From positions 1-62,126 of the IMG/VR virus record IMGVR_UViG_3300012940_000027: a stretch of 62,126 nucleotides of DNA. One strand, given 5' to 3'. How positions within the stretch are numbered: position 1 is the first letter of the stretch; each line of letters begins with the position of its first letter. The notes beneath the pieces are model-generated. The model was given only the letters and a program-made list of their open reading frames with translations. It did not search any database and was not told the DNA's origin. The stretch is from a virus. Taxonomy: Duplodnaviria > Caudoviricetes. Position numbers and translations under genes: made by a program. Shown here one piece after another: positions 26,511 to 36,578 of the stretch.

Positions 26511-26713
26511 GCGTCGCCGCCCTCCCCGTCGCCCTGAGTCTCCTCAGTGATAACGAGTGGTTGCTCATTGGCTACCGTAGAAGCCGTTTTGAAGAGCGGC
26601 GGGTCCATGCGCGGGTTGAAGGTGTAGCCCGGCGGCACCGCAGCGCCGTGCTGGGTGATCTGCTCGATCTTCTCGTTGAGGGCCTTGCTGGTGCGGCTCA
26701 TCACATCCTCCAC
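26507..26713 (-). CDS. Small hypothetical protein
   Basis: Tiles in operon. Confidence 0.5.
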   Translation of the reverse strand: MEDVMSRTSKALNEKIEQITQHGAAVPPGYTFNPRMDPPLFKTASTVANEQPLVITEETQGDGEGGDA

Positions 26714-27186
26714 ACGCCGTCCGCCTGGACACGAATCATGTCTACCACGGCCGGCGGCAGGTCGGGGTCGTCATCTGGCATCATCCGTCCCGCGCAGCGC
26801 AGCACTGCCACGCCACTGCCCGGCACGGGGACTCTTGCCCCCTGAATCAGCTCGATCACGCGGTTGGCGATCCACTCCAGCTTGTCCTTCTCGGACTGGT
26901 GGGGCAGGCAGCGCATCCAGATTTCGGGGAAGGCCCAATAGGCTCCGGCCGGGCCGATCGGGTTTTCGCTGGCGACGCCGTTGAGCACCGAGATGCAGCG
27001 CTTGATCCGGCCGGCTTCATCGAACGCGCCCGGAGTGCTCCCCTTGCTCGGCTCCTCCGGGGTGCCGTCGTTCTTGCGGATACGCCGGGTCCAGACGCCG
27101 CCCGGCAGCATCTCCATGAGCTCGGGGTCGGCGCGGAGCAGGTCGGCGATGCCATTCTGGATCGTCGGCGGGGGAACAAAAGACAC
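26701..27186 (-). CDS. Tail completion/terminator protein
   Basis: IADLLRADPELMEML.GG N-terminus; position. Confidence 0.65.
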   Translation of the reverse strand: MSFVPPPTIQNGIADLLRADPELMEMLPGGVWTRRIRKNDGTPEEPSKGSTPGAFDEAGRIKRCISVLNGVASENPIGPAGAYWAFPEIWMRCLPHQSEKDKLEWIANRVIELIQGARVPVPGSGVAVLRCAGRMMPDDDPDLPPAVVDMIRVQADGVWRM

Positions 27187-27188
27187 GG

Positions 27189-27554
27189 TTATCCTCCTTG
27201 CATCGCATTCTGGGCGGCCCGCATCGCCAGCGGATAGGCGAACGCCGTGGCCTTGGGAATCACCCCCCAGCGCCCGGCCCAGCGCCGCTCCAGGTAAATG
27301 CCGTAGTCAACGCCATGGGAGAGCACGAGCGAGAAGGTCGCGCCGCTGACGGTCAGCTCGTAGGAGAGGTTGCGCTCGGCGTCGCCGGTGCGGTTCTTCC
27401 ACGGGTGAACCTCCTGCGCGTACAGGACCATGAGCTGGCCGACGATCTTCAGCTCCGATTCGAGGCGGCGCTCGACCATCTGCCAGTAGTCTTCGAGCCG
27501 GATCGCAAGCTGGTCAGGGCCGGCCTTCCAGACCATATCGATCCGGGTATCCAT
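27189..27554 (-). CDS. Neck protein (HK97 gp10-like)
   Basis: HPWKNRTGDA..L..LSHGVDYGIYLE motif. Confidence 0.8.
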   Translation of the reverse strand: MDTRIDMVWKAGPDQLAIRLEDYWQMVERRLESELKIVGQLMVLYAQEVHPWKNRTGDAERNLSYELTVSGATFSLVLSHGVDYGIYLERRWAGRWGVIPKATAFAYPLAMRAAQNAMQGG

Positions 27555-28234
27555 CAGGTCACATCTCCCAGGGTGTAGGTGAAGTTGGCTTCCAGCCGGT
27601 TGCCGACGACCGGATTGATGCGGGTGATGAACGCGCCGGTCGCCCACGGAATGCCGACCACCGAATCCTCCGGAACAAGCGTCTCGTCCGGCACCGGCTC
27701 GAAGACGATGGAGCCGAGCACGGTCACGCCCGCTGCGCCACGCTGGTCGGCCCGGACCGTGGTGCGCCCGCTCATTACGTAGGCCGGCGCGGAGAAGACC
27801 GGCAGGTAGGCGCCGTCGGCATCGCTCCACCGTTCGATGGTGACGACGTACTGCTCGACCGCGTTCTCCTCGATGGCCGCCACCGCTCGGAGGGCCGGAG
27901 CCATGCTGTTGCCATCGACCGTGCCGATGGTGAACACCTGGCCGGGCAGGATGCCGGTGCCCCGAGGCGCGGTGATGGTGAGCCGGTCGCCGTTGCGCAG
28001 GTCGGTGCCGTGCGGCAGGGTCAGCGTGCGGGTGTTGTCGTCGTTCGCGGTGGCCAGCGCAGGATCGATGCGGCCCGAGCTGGCGCGGTTGCTCTCGACG
28101 ATCAGGGGCACTTCGCTGGCGATCGTCGTCCAGCCAGCGGCCCCCTTGCGCTCGATCGCGCAGAGGGCACCGGCCTCGACCATGTAGGCGACCAGGCGAG
28201 CACGGGCGGCGTCGAGACCGACGATGATGCTCAT
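27554..28234 (-). CDS. Head closure protein
   Basis: LP.GTDLR.GDRL motif; position. Confidence 0.6.
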   Translation of the reverse strand: MSIIVGLDAARARLVAYMVEAGALCAIERKGAAGWTTIASEVPLIVESNRASSGRIDPALATANDDNTRTLTLPHGTDLRNGDRLTITAPRGTGILPGQVFTIGTVDGNSMAPALRAVAAIEENAVEQYVVTIERWSDADGAYLPVFSAPAYVMSGRTTVRADQRGAAGVTVLGSIVFEPVPDETLVPEDSVVGIPWATGAFITRINPVVGNRLEANFTYTLGDVT

Positions 28235-28647
28235 GCTCCCCTCCGTCCACAGGCCAGGGTGAAGTGGGCCTTGACCGAGCGCACGAGCAGCGGCGCGAGG
28301 GCCTCGTCGGCCTGGAGCCGGAGCTGGCTGGCCCAGGCCGAGATGTCGGTGGCATTGCGCCGCACCGCGTACTGGTCGGAGAACTGTTCGCTGGTGGTTT
28401 CCAGCGACCGGCGCACAGGGCCGGTTTCGAGAGCGAGCGCGGCCGTGCGGTAGGCGACCGCCGTGCGGATGATTGCCTGCTGGTCGAGCGGGCGCTCGGC
28501 GTAGGGCGGCGGGCCGATCTGGGCGAGCACCGTCGCCTCGGCCGCGCCGCCAAGGAGCGGGTCGGCGAGCACGCTGTCGGGGAGCACCTCGGCGCTGACA
28601 CCGAGCAGCGTTCGGATGGACTTCATCAGGTCAGCGTCGAGGATCAT
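28231..28647 (-). CDS. Head-tail connector/adaptor
   Basis: IRTLLGV....LPD; position after capsid. Confidence 0.65.
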   Translation of the reverse strand: MILDADLMKSIRTLLGVSAEVLPDSVLADPLLGGAAEATVLAQIGPPPYAERPLDQQAIIRTAVAYRTAALALETGPVRRSLETTSEQFSDQYAVRRNATDISAWASQLRLQADEALAPLLVRSVKAHFTLACGRRGA

Positions 28648-28655
28648 GGTGTCTC

Positions 28656-29126
28656 CTAGGAGCGATCGACGTACTCGAGCGAGCGGCCGATGGAGCGCAG
28701 CAACGCCGGCGTGCGGAAAGCAATCGCCGTCTGGCCGCCCGCGATGAAGACCTCGCCGTTCGGGTGCAGAACGCTCTTCTCGAAGTAGGCGCAGCGATCA
28801 GCCGGACCGATGCCGCGGACCAGCACGCACCCCTCGGGAATCACCGGCTCCGGTTCGGCCTCATCCTCCGGCTCGTCGTCCGCGTCGTCGTCGCCGGTGT
28901 CATCGTCGTCCTGGGCCTCAGATTTGGCCTCTGGCGCGTCTTCGTCGCCCTCCCCTTCATCCACATCGGAATTGTCCGAATCGGCACTCTGGGACGCATT
29001 CTGCGCGTAGGCAACGACCAGTTCGCGCAGCTCCTTGGCGGTGGGGACCTTCTCAGGCTCCTCAATGCCGAGCCGGGCGGCTTCGGCTTCAAGCTCTTCG
29101 CGGGTCATCTTGGAAATCGCGGTCAT
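28656..29126 (-). CDS. Acidic head-associated protein (Rho-N/HeH-like N-terminus)
   Basis: SKMTREELEAEAARLGI + acidic linker. Confidence 0.55.
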   Translation of the reverse strand: MTAISKMTREELEAEAARLGIEEPEKVPTAKELRELVVAYAQNASQSADSDNSDVDEGEGDEDAPEAKSEAQDDDDTGDDDADDEPEDEAEPEPVIPEGCVLVRGIGPADRCAYFEKSVLHPNGEVFIAGGQTAIAFRTPALLRSIGRSLEYVDRS

Positions 29127-29128
29127 CG

Positions 29129-29617
29129 TTATGCTCCCAGCGCGTCAATCTGCGCCTGAAGGTCGGCGACAAGTGCATCGACCTCGGTCTTGGTGTAGGT
29201 GTCGGCCGCGTTGGCCTTGGCGGCGAGGGCGGTATCGACCTCGGTCTTGGTGTAGGTGGTGGACTGGTTCGCCTTTGCATTGAGGGCGGTCTGGGTTGCC
29301 GTCGAGATCGGCTTGTTCAGATCGCTGGTGTTGTCGACGTTGCCGAGACCGACCTGGGCCTTGGTAACGCTGTGCGGGTTGTTGGTGGCGCTGACGTGGC
29401 TGGCCGGGGCGTACTGTCCGGCATTGACGGCGGCGGTGAGCACGCCGTCGGTCACGGTCAGTGTGATCGTGGCCGTGTTGGCGACCGCGGTGATGAAGTC
29501 CACGTCCTCTCCTCCCCCGGCACCGGACACCGCGAGGGAATAGGTGCCATCGCCGTTGTCGACGGCCTTGAACTTGATCGGCGGATCGCCCGCCATGCGG
29601 AACACCATGTCTGGCAT
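29129..29617 (-). CDS. Head fibre/decoration protein
   Basis: NPHSVTKAQVGLGNVDNTSD and YTKTEVD repeats typical of phage fibres. Confidence 0.65.
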   Translation of the reverse strand: MPDMVFRMAGDPPIKFKAVDNGDGTYSLAVSGAGGGEDVDFITAVANTATITLTVTDGVLTAAVNAGQYAPASHVSATNNPHSVTKAQVGLGNVDNTSDLNKPISTATQTALNAKANQSTTYTKTEVDTALAAKANAADTYTKTEVDALVADLQAQIDALGA

Positions 29618-29713
29618 TGGTGCGTCTCCATGAATGCGGGAGCGCCACTCGTGCGAATACCGAGCGACGCTCCCGTCACATTGGTCTTCCGGGCTGCGTC
29701 CGCCCTCGTTGGG

Positions 29714-30916
29714 TTAGGCGTTGATGTCGAGAATCTTGGTGGCCTTCGGATCGATGACCGCGTAGCCCTCGACCTCGGTGAACACCAGGTCCTGCGTCTG
29801 GTTGGTGATCCAGCGCTGGGATTCCTGGAGGGTGCCGCCGATCTCGCTCACCTGCTCGATGGCGTAGCGGCGGTCGAGCGCGACGATCTTCAGGGCCGGC
29901 GCATCCTCGGTCTCGCCATAGCGCACGTTGTCGGCAAGCAGCGGGTTGATCGGGGTCAGGCTGCCGAAGCCGGCCTGGCCGGTGATCGTGAAGAGCGGGA
30001 TGTTGGAGCTGCCGGTGTCGAGGAGGAGCTGCTGGAGAATCACGTCCTCGTTCGCCAGCTCATGCGTGAGCGCGTACGGGTTCTTGAACTGCATCTTGAA
30101 GGCGAGCCACGCCTTCAGGGTCAGCGTGCCCGGCGTCGCGTTCGGATCGAGCGTGGTCATGTTGATGACCTGGGCGGCGGTGCCGGCGTTGCCGTCGCCG
30201 CTGGCGATCACGCTGATCACCGTGCTGACCCTGTCGACCTCCGCCTGGATCGCCATGCGGGCGATATAGAAGGCCACGGTGTCGATCGGCACGCGGCGCA
30301 GCGCCTCGTAGCTGATCTTCAGCTTGCGGCCGTACTTGTAGAGATCGATCGGTCGTTCGCCCTGGGTGAGGGTCGCGCCCGGAATCTCCGCGGTCTCGCC
30401 GACGCGGACCATGCGGTACTGCGTCTCGTCGTCGTTGAGATAGAGCGCCCGGTAGACGTTGTTGTCGATCTGCGTGTGCAGGGCGATCAGCTCGGCCAGC
30501 GGGATGGCCGGGGCCATCTGGGAGGCGCGGGCCTGGGCAGCATCGACATACGGGCGCATCGCGCTGCCGACGGTCGAGCTGTCGGAGCTGAGCACCGAGC
30601 GGGTCTGGTGGGCGATCTTGCGGTACTGGCGAGCCATCCACTCGATCTGGAGGGCGCGGCCGGCTTCACCGGCGTCCTCGAAGGCGCTGAACTGGTCAGC
30701 GTAGAAGCCGCGCTCCGGGTTGGACGCCGTGGTAATGCCGGCGATGGCGAGCTGGCGCTCGAAGGCGTCGAGGCCGTCGTTATAGCCCTCGCTCGGGTCC
30801 TGCTTTTCAAGCCAGCGGGAGAAGTTCATGCCTTCGCGGTAGGCCCGCTCCATGCTCTCCAGCGTGATGCGGCCGTGCAGCTCCTTGGCGCGGTCGCGGG
30901 TGATGATCTGGGTCAT
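29714..30916 (-). CDS. Major capsid protein (HK97 fold)
   Basis: RVGETAEIP..L.KYGR.L.ISYEALRR motif; 400 aa. Confidence 0.9.
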   Translation of the reverse strand: MTQIITRDRAKELHGRITLESMERAYREGMNFSRWLEKQDPSEGYNDGLDAFERQLAIAGITTASNPERGFYADQFSAFEDAGEAGRALQIEWMARQYRKIAHQTRSVLSSDSSTVGSAMRPYVDAAQARASQMAPAIPLAELIALHTQIDNNVYRALYLNDDETQYRMVRVGETAEIPGATLTQGERPIDLYKYGRKLKISYEALRRVPIDTVAFYIARMAIQAEVDRVSTVISVIASGDGNAGTAAQVINMTTLDPNATPGTLTLKAWLAFKMQFKNPYALTHELANEDVILQQLLLDTGSSNIPLFTITGQAGFGSLTPINPLLADNVRYGETEDAPALKIVALDRRYAIEQVSEIGGTLQESQRWITNQTQDLVFTEVEGYAVIDPKATKILDINA

Positions 30917-30978
30917 TGCGTGTTGCTCCCCTATCGACAAATGGTGGCCGTGTGGCAACCCGTAAAACCGACGGACGA

Positions 30979-31362
30979 TTACTGGAAGACGACCACGCGG
31001 CCGTTCTCGGAGGTGCCGGCGACGCCCTTGCCCTCATCGGTGCCGGCGACGGCGGCGCGGACCCCGCCCGATCCATTGGCGACGACCGGATCACCGGCGG
31101 TGGCGGAGCCGGCGTAGGTGACCGATCCCATCCAGGCGACGACGGCGGAGCCATCAGCCTCAATGCGCTCCAGGGCGCCGAACGGCACATCGCCGTCAGC
31201 GCAGAGGCCGACCGTCTTGTTGCCAGTGATCTTCACCGGGGCGAAGCGGCTCGTCGTGCCATACGGCGCCGTCCGGCTGAACGGAAGCGAGCTGTCAGCG
31301 GCCATCGTGACGCGCTTGACGAACAGCTCATCGAGTTCGTAGGTGTGACGCGGATTCGCCAT
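30979..31362 (-). CDS. Capsid decoration/cement protein
   Basis: Gly-rich beta protein immediately upstream of capsid gene. Confidence 0.7.
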   Translation of the reverse strand: MANPRHTYELDELFVKRVTMAADSSLPFSRTAPYGTTSRFAPVKITGNKTVGLCADGDVPFGALERIEADGSAVVAWMGSVTYAGSATAGDPVVANGSGGVRAAVAGTDEGKGVAGTSENGRVVVFQ

Positions 31363-31420
31363 TTCGTGAACCTCCAGCCTCCCGCGAGGCGTGTACTACC
31401 CTGCTCTGCCGAGTTCCTGC

Positions 31421-32707
31421 TTACGCCTTGTGGCGGGCCGGATCGATGGACGTGCTCGCCGGCCCCGCGTCCTCGTCCGCTTCGCGGGTGACGCGGTTGC
31501 TGGCGAAGAGGGCATCACCCTGGCGGGTGAAGTCCTCCTTCATGGTGCGGATGCCGGCGATGTCGAGCTTTTCGAGGATGCCGCGGTAGACCTCTTCGCG
31601 GAAGTCCTTGCCGAGGGCGCGGGCGCCGGCCGCCACGGTGTCGTCGATGAGGTGGGTGCGGTACGCCTTGCCGTCGTCGGCCAGCGGGCGGAGGCGCTCG
31701 ATCTCGGCGGTGGCGCGGTCGAGCGCGGCGGTGCCCTCGCTGATCGTGTCGAGCGCCGCCAGGTGATCGGCCTGCGCCCGTTCCAGCGCATCGACCAGCT
31801 TGGTGACGCGCTCGCCGATCGGCGTGTCGTCGGCAACGTCGAGGCCAAGGGTGACGGCGCGGGCGAGCGCCTTCTCGATGACCTGCTTGGCGGTCTCGTT
31901 GATGTCGGTCAGCATGTTCTGCTCCTTGCTCGTCTGCCGGGCCTGTCCCGGCGTCCAGATGCGGCCCGGCTCCGCCAGCCGGACCCCGTAGCGGCGCTCG
32001 ATGAAGGCGCGTTCACCCTCGGTGAGCCGGCCGTCCTGGCTCATCTGCCCGGCCTTGGTCACCGCGGCGGACGGCGACGCCCCCTTGTAGACCTGGCTCA
32101 GCTCGACCAGGTTGCCGTCATTGATCCAGGCGAAGGCTTTGATCTCCTTGCCCTCGAACGTGTAGGTGTAGCCGGGGATGTGCTGGCAGCCGTCGTCCTT
32201 CCACCACTCGAAGCTCTGCTTGCCGCAGATCGAGCACTCGATGTCGGAGGCGTAGAAGCCGACCGACACATCGCGCCAGATGCCGGCGCGGACGGCCTCG
32301 ATGAAGGAGTCGGTGGACTGGTCGCCGAGGGTCAGGCCCGGCAGGGTGAACAGCTCGCCCCAGACCTCGGTGATGCGCTCGCCGATCTCTTCATCCGTCT
32401 CGTCGGTCTCGACCACCCAGCCGGTGAGGGACTGGCCCCAGCCGTTCTTGCGGGTGTTGTGCGAGTCCTGGTAGGAAACGCCATCGGCCAGGCCGCGAGC
32501 GAAGTTGTCGAGGGTGGTGCGGCGCATCCGGGTGTCATAGAAGTCGAGCCGGTTGCTCGATGCCCGGACCTGCCAGAAGAAAGGCTGCTTGCCATCGAAG
32601 ACCGAGGGGTCGGGCGCTCGCTCCTTGGCAATCGCCAGCAGCGCATCGACCTTGATCTCCGGCGTGGTGGTAACGCGGGCCATCGTGCCCAGCTTGATCG
32701 GTTCCAT
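31421..32707 (-). CDS. Prohead protease-scaffold fusion
   Basis: SH..G, DVSVGF, C-S-I-C-G, ELS.V..GA.P.A motifs, coiled-coil C-terminus. Confidence 0.85.
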   Translation of the reverse strand: MEPIKLGTMARVTTTPEIKVDALLAIAKERAPDPSVFDGKQPFFWQVRASSNRLDFYDTRMRRTTLDNFARGLADGVSYQDSHNTRKNGWGQSLTGWVVETDETDEEIGERITEVWGELFTLPGLTLGDQSTDSFIEAVRAGIWRDVSVGFYASDIECSICGKQSFEWWKDDGCQHIPGYTYTFEGKEIKAFAWINDGNLVELSQVYKGASPSAAVTKAGQMSQDGRLTEGERAFIERRYGVRLAEPGRIWTPGQARQTSKEQNMLTDINETAKQVIEKALARAVTLGLDVADDTPIGERVTKLVDALERAQADHLAALDTISEGTAALDRATAEIERLRPLADDGKAYRTHLIDDTVAAGARALGKDFREEVYRGILEKLDIAGIRTMKEDFTRQGDALFASNRVTREADEDAGPASTSIDPARHKA

Positions 32708-32805
32708 GCGGTCCTCTCCCGTGAGCCGTTCCGTAGCTATCTGTATCGCACTACGTAGCCATTTGGCTACCTGTACGGCCCGGATCGTCCCTTGGGAGAG
32801 AACAT

Positions 32806-32841
32806 GAGAACGGACCGGCAGTTGCCCGCCGGTCCGTTCTC
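32806..32841. terminator. Hairpin downstream of hicB
   Basis: GAGAACGGACCGGC...GCCGGTCCGTTCTC inverted repeat. Confidence 0.55.
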
Positions 32842-32861
32842 TCGTGTGTCGCCCTTTGACA

Positions 32862-33317
32862 TTACGCCATGCGGTCGGCCGAAACCGGGCGGCCGGGTAT
32901 GCGATGGCGCATCGCATCAATGTCGGCGGAGGTGAAGATGAGATCACGTCCGCGCTTCGTTCCGACGCCGCGCTGGTGCGCGAGGGCGAGAACCCGACGG
33001 CGACTGATGCCCAATTGGACTGCTACGTCCGCCGTCGTGAACGTCGATCGCTTGATGAAGTGATCAACGTCCCAGGGCAATACATCGTCAGCATCGTCGG
33101 TCATGGTCGGGGCGGGAATCTCGGCGCCTTCATCGACCATGATGGCGATCCAGCTTTTCAAAACCTCCTGTGCGTTCCGAGCAACGTCATCCCACGTTGC
33201 GGCGAATGTCTGTGCTCCGGGTAAATCGGGAAAGTGGATGTACCATCCATCTTCCCCTGCCTGCGCCACGAACGGATAGTGGCGCTTGGCGATCTCCTCT
33301 ACTGTTGTGTTCTGCAT
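32862..33317 (-). CDS. hicB: HicB-family antitoxin with C-terminal HTH
   Basis: EDGWYIHFPDLPGAQTFA.T..A.EVL..WI...G.EIP.P. Confidence 0.9.
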   Translation of the reverse strand: MQNTTVEEIAKRHYPFVAQAGEDGWYIHFPDLPGAQTFAATWDDVARNAQEVLKSWIAIMVDEGAEIPAPTMTDDADDVLPWDVDHFIKRSTFTTADVAVQLGISRRRVLALAHQRGVGTKRGRDLIFTSADIDAMRHRIPGRPVSADRMA

Positions 33318-33378
33318 GTCTCATCTGGCGCTGGCGAGGTGGGGGACAGTGGGCTGGCCCGGACCAGCCCACCCGGTC

Positions 33379-33618
33379 TCATGCTCCCCGGTCCGTGATC
33401 TTCACGACCTGCGCGATATACCGGCGCTTCACATGCTGACCGTGTTCTAGTGGTATGCTCAAGGCTGCCACACCTTTGAACCTCCAGAAGCGATGGTTGT
33501 CTTCGGCCTCTCGGACGAAGGTCCAACCATTGTCTTCCAGCCACTCGGCCAGCTCGGAATACCGGATGCTCGCGGGGAGGGCTCGAACTTTCTCATCGAG
33601 CTTGCCTCGCTTCGCCAT
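33379..33618 (-). CDS. hicA: HicA-family mRNA interferase toxin
   Basis: EL..WLE.NGW..VR..NH..F...SIP..H..VK..YI upstream of hicB. Confidence 0.8.
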   Translation of the reverse strand: MAKRGKLDEKVRALPASIRYSELAEWLEDNGWTFVREAEDNHRFWRFKGVAALSIPLEHGQHVKRRYIAQVVKITDRGA

Positions 33619-33722
33619 CCTGCTCCTTGCCTACCCCAAGGGCCAATTCCCTTGTGAAGTAACTATACCACATGCGGAATAGATTGTGCAGCATGGATGC
33701 CATATCGTAGCCACTTGGCAAC

Positions 33723-34208
33723 CTAACGATCGGGCCGTCCGATCAGCGCGGCTGCTGTCCGAGGCCGCGGGCTGGCCGGGTGATTCGGGGATCGGCGGCT
33801 GGGCGGCACCGCTCGCAGTCCTGGCTGGCGCTGGTGATCTGGCGACCGCACCGGACGCAGCTCACGATGATCCGGTTCGGACGCCGGTCCGGCGGCGGCG
33901 TGGTCGGGGTGGTCATGGCATACCTCCGTGGTTGACCGGCCGAAGACTTCGCCCCAGAAGACGTAGCCCTCGCCGTGCTCGTTGCGGAATTCGTCGAGGC
34001 TCTTGTTGTGCTTGCGGTTGTTGCACGGGTCGCAGGCGATGACCAGGTTTCCCAGCTCGGAGCCTCCGCCCTTCGAGCGGGGGACCACATGGTCTCGGGT
34101 CATCGCTTTGCGATCGAGCTTGATGCCGCAGTAGAAGCAGTGGCCGCCGGTCTTGGCGACGATGAGGTCGAACTTGGTCGGCCGGTCGTGGTGCTTCTTT
34201 CGCCCCAT
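33723..34208 (-). CDS. HNH endonuclease
   Basis: CFYCG..TRDHVVPRSKGG..NLVIACDPCNNRK. Confidence 0.9.
   Translation of the reverse strand: MGRKKHHDRPTKFDLIVAKTGGHCFYCGIKLDRKAMTRDHVVPRSKGGGSELGNLVIACDPCNNRKHNKSLDEFRNEHGEGYVFWGEVFGRSTTEVCHDHPDHAAAGPASEPDHRELRPVRSPDHQRQPGLRAVPPSRRSPNHPASPRPRTAAALIGRPDR
33743..33916 (-). CDS. Small CxxC-CxxC protein (overlaps HNH C-terminal extension)
   Basis: GGAGG RBS before ATG; CVRC..CERC. Confidence 0.45.
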   Translation of the reverse strand: MTTPTTPPPDRRPNRIIVSCVRCGRQITSASQDCERCRPAADPRITRPARGLGQQPR

Positions 34209-34879
34209 CAGGCCGCCGCCTCCGCGACCTCGATGACGTAGGGCTTGTACTGCGCGGCGTTGCGCGAACAGCCGGCGCAGGAGCGGCTGGAGCTACCGAG
34301 CCGCCACGTCGCTTCTACCCGCCCCTTGCGCTGGGTGATCGCCCAGGAGCAGCGGCAGCCCGGCCCGCACTCCTGCTCACCGGGATAGGTCGGCAACGTG
34401 ATGCCCCAGCTCGACGCCTGCGCCCTGGCGTGCATGCCGCGGCCGGCCTGGTGGTAGAGGCTCATGCGGTGAGCAATCCCCTCCTGCGTGGCGATCCGCC
34501 CGGCTCGCATGTCGGAGACGAAGTTCTGCCAGTAGCCGTGCTGCGTGCCGATCAGCGAGCGCAGCTCGGCAAGGTCGGCCGAGGTCATCGCCTTGATGCC
34601 GCCCCGCCCCTGCACGTATTCGGCGATCATGGTCGATTCGACCTGCCGCCAGCCGATGCGGTCCAGCTCGTTGACCAGCGTCATCCACGGCCCGCTGCCG
34701 GGCTGGATGCTGCCGGCCGCCTTGAAGAGATCGCCGACGAAGGTGGTCGTCTCGGTGGTTCGTGCCTCGATGAACTGGTCGCGCAGCGAGGCGACCTGCG
34801 TCTGGTTGAGAAATCGGCCGGTTTCCGGGTTGCGATACCGGCGCGTCTTCTCGTCCCACTGCCACGTCACGTCAGCCAT
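34208..34879 (-). CDS. Minor head morphogenesis (MuF-like) protein
   Basis: After portal; YPG..C..GCRC motif. Confidence 0.55.
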   Translation of the reverse strand: MADVTWQWDEKTRRYRNPETGRFLNQTQVASLRDQFIEARTTETTTFVGDLFKAAGSIQPGSGPWMTLVNELDRIGWRQVESTMIAEYVQGRGGIKAMTSADLAELRSLIGTQHGYWQNFVSDMRAGRIATQEGIAHRMSLYHQAGRGMHARAQASSWGITLPTYPGEQECGPGCRCSWAITQRKGRVEATWRLGSSSRSCAGCSRNAAQYKPYVIEVAEAAA

Positions 34880-36578
34880 TGCTGCCCTCCCCTGCCGCGT
34901 CGGCGACCGGCTCGGCGTCGAGCAGCGTGGCCACGTCCTTACCCTCGAAGGCGCGACGCCAGGCGACGGCGGCCTCCTCGATCCGGGCCGAGGTCAGCTC
35001 GGACTGCACCGCCCGCACGATGGCGCGGCGCTCGTTGCCGCCCGCTCCGGCGGTGGCTCCGGCCCCGGCCGATGCGCCGGTGGTCGATCCCTTGTTGAGC
35101 AGCGGTTCGCGGTCGCCGGCCAGGCTTTCGGGGATCCCGTGCCCGGTGGAGAATTCGGCGGCCTCGTCCGGGGTGAAGTAGCCGAGCCGCTCGGCCAGCT
35201 CCGCGCCCTTCAGCTTCAGCATGAAGGTCTGGGCATCGCGCAGCTCCTCGGCGGCGCGAATCTCGGCGAAGCGCACCTTCACGTCGGAGACGATGCCCTG
35301 CGCCTGGAGGGCCAGCGAGAGCAGGCGACCGAGCAGGGTCTCGGCGAAGTGCTGCACCGTCTTGACGCCGGCGGCGTGAATCTCCCACTGCCGGTTGGCG
35401 TTGGCCTCGGACACGCCGTCGGTGATGCCCATGAGCAGCGGCATCGACTTCAGAGAGCGGGTCGCCATCCGTTCCAGGGCCTCGATCATGCCGACCGCAC
35501 CGCCCATCACCGAGGAGTCCACGGCGCCAGGTGCGCGGTTCACGGAGACCGGATCGGTGTGGACAAAGGCGTCGTCCGGTTCGAGCCGGGCGTAGTTGGC
35601 TGCGATGTTGGCGATCATCTCCTCGACCTTTGCCTCGAACTCGGAATCCTCGAGCGACTGGTAGGCGCTGCGCAGGGCCTCCAGGTGGATCGTGATGTCG
35701 GTGCGCGGGTAGCCCTGCTGGGCGATGACGCGGCGCAAGTCATGGAGCACGCCGAGCAGGAAGACCGAGGTGAAGACCGCGGGGGCGAGCATCGGCCGGC
35801 CGTAGGGGTTGCCCGGCTCCGGGTCGAGCGGGATGTAGACCACGGTCGGTGTCTCGAAGCGGACAAACGTTCCGTCCTGCCACTGGCCGGGAATCCAGGC
35901 CGGGCCACGATCCTTCACCTCGACGAGCTGGAAGCGCACCGTGGCCGGGTCAGGCGTAGCAATGTCGAGCGGGATACGGCCGGTGGTGTCGAGCACCAGC
36001 TCCGCGAAGAACGCGCCACGGGTGATCGCCCCCATGAAGAGCCGGCCGGTGATGACCTTGAAGCTGCCGTGCATCGCTTCGAGGCGGGCAATGAAGGCGT
36101 CGAGGGCGGCCTGGGCGCGTTCGTCCTGATCCTCGGTGCCGGGCTTGGTGGCGATGATCTCGTGCCCTGCGTTGAGCAGGCGCAGCCAGTCCCAGACGGC
36201 GCGGCTCGCGTCCGGGCTAATGTTCATGAGAATCGAGAGGAGCTGGTTCGGCGTCGCCTTGCTGAAGGTGTCGCGGCCGAGGTCGAGCCGTCGCCACGAG
36301 CTGTGGTAATCGGGCGGCGGCAGGATCGTGGCGTAGCCACCTGCCCAGCTCGGGATGTTCTCGGTGCGCGTGCGGACGACCGCGGTCGGGGTGATGGCGC
36401 GGATCGCCGGTGCGTCCGGGCTGGCAGCGGCCTCGGTCGCGGCCCGAAGCTCCTTCTGGATCAGGGCACGGGAGACGTTGAGGGCCTCGGCGATGGAGCG
36501 CTGGCTCTCGCCGGCTCGGGTGCGGCGCAGAATCTCCAGGCGGCGAGCCGTGCGCTCGGCCTTGGACAGTCGGGTCAT
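34872..36578 (-). CDS. Portal protein with N-terminal HTH
   Basis: G.FF.E.V..DPATV, NPYGRP.L.PA, G..E..AN portal motifs; follows terminase. Confidence 0.85.
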   Translation of the reverse strand: MTRLSKAERTARRLEILRRTRAGESQRSIAEALNVSRALIQKELRAATEAAASPDAPAIRAITPTAVVRTRTENIPSWAGGYATILPPPDYHSSWRRLDLGRDTFSKATPNQLLSILMNISPDASRAVWDWLRLLNAGHEIIATKPGTEDQDERAQAALDAFIARLEAMHGSFKVITGRLFMGAITRGAFFAELVLDTTGRIPLDIATPDPATVRFQLVEVKDRGPAWIPGQWQDGTFVRFETPTVVYIPLDPEPGNPYGRPMLAPAVFTSVFLLGVLHDLRRVIAQQGYPRTDITIHLEALRSAYQSLEDSEFEAKVEEMIANIAANYARLEPDDAFVHTDPVSVNRAPGAVDSSVMGGAVGMIEALERMATRSLKSMPLLMGITDGVSEANANRQWEIHAAGVKTVQHFAETLLGRLLSLALQAQGIVSDVKVRFAEIRAAEELRDAQTFMLKLKGAELAERLGYFTPDEAAEFSTGHGIPESLAGDREPLLNKGSTTGASAGAGATAGAGGNERRAIVRAVQSELTSARIEEAAVAWRRAFEGKDVATLLDAEPVADAAGEGSNG

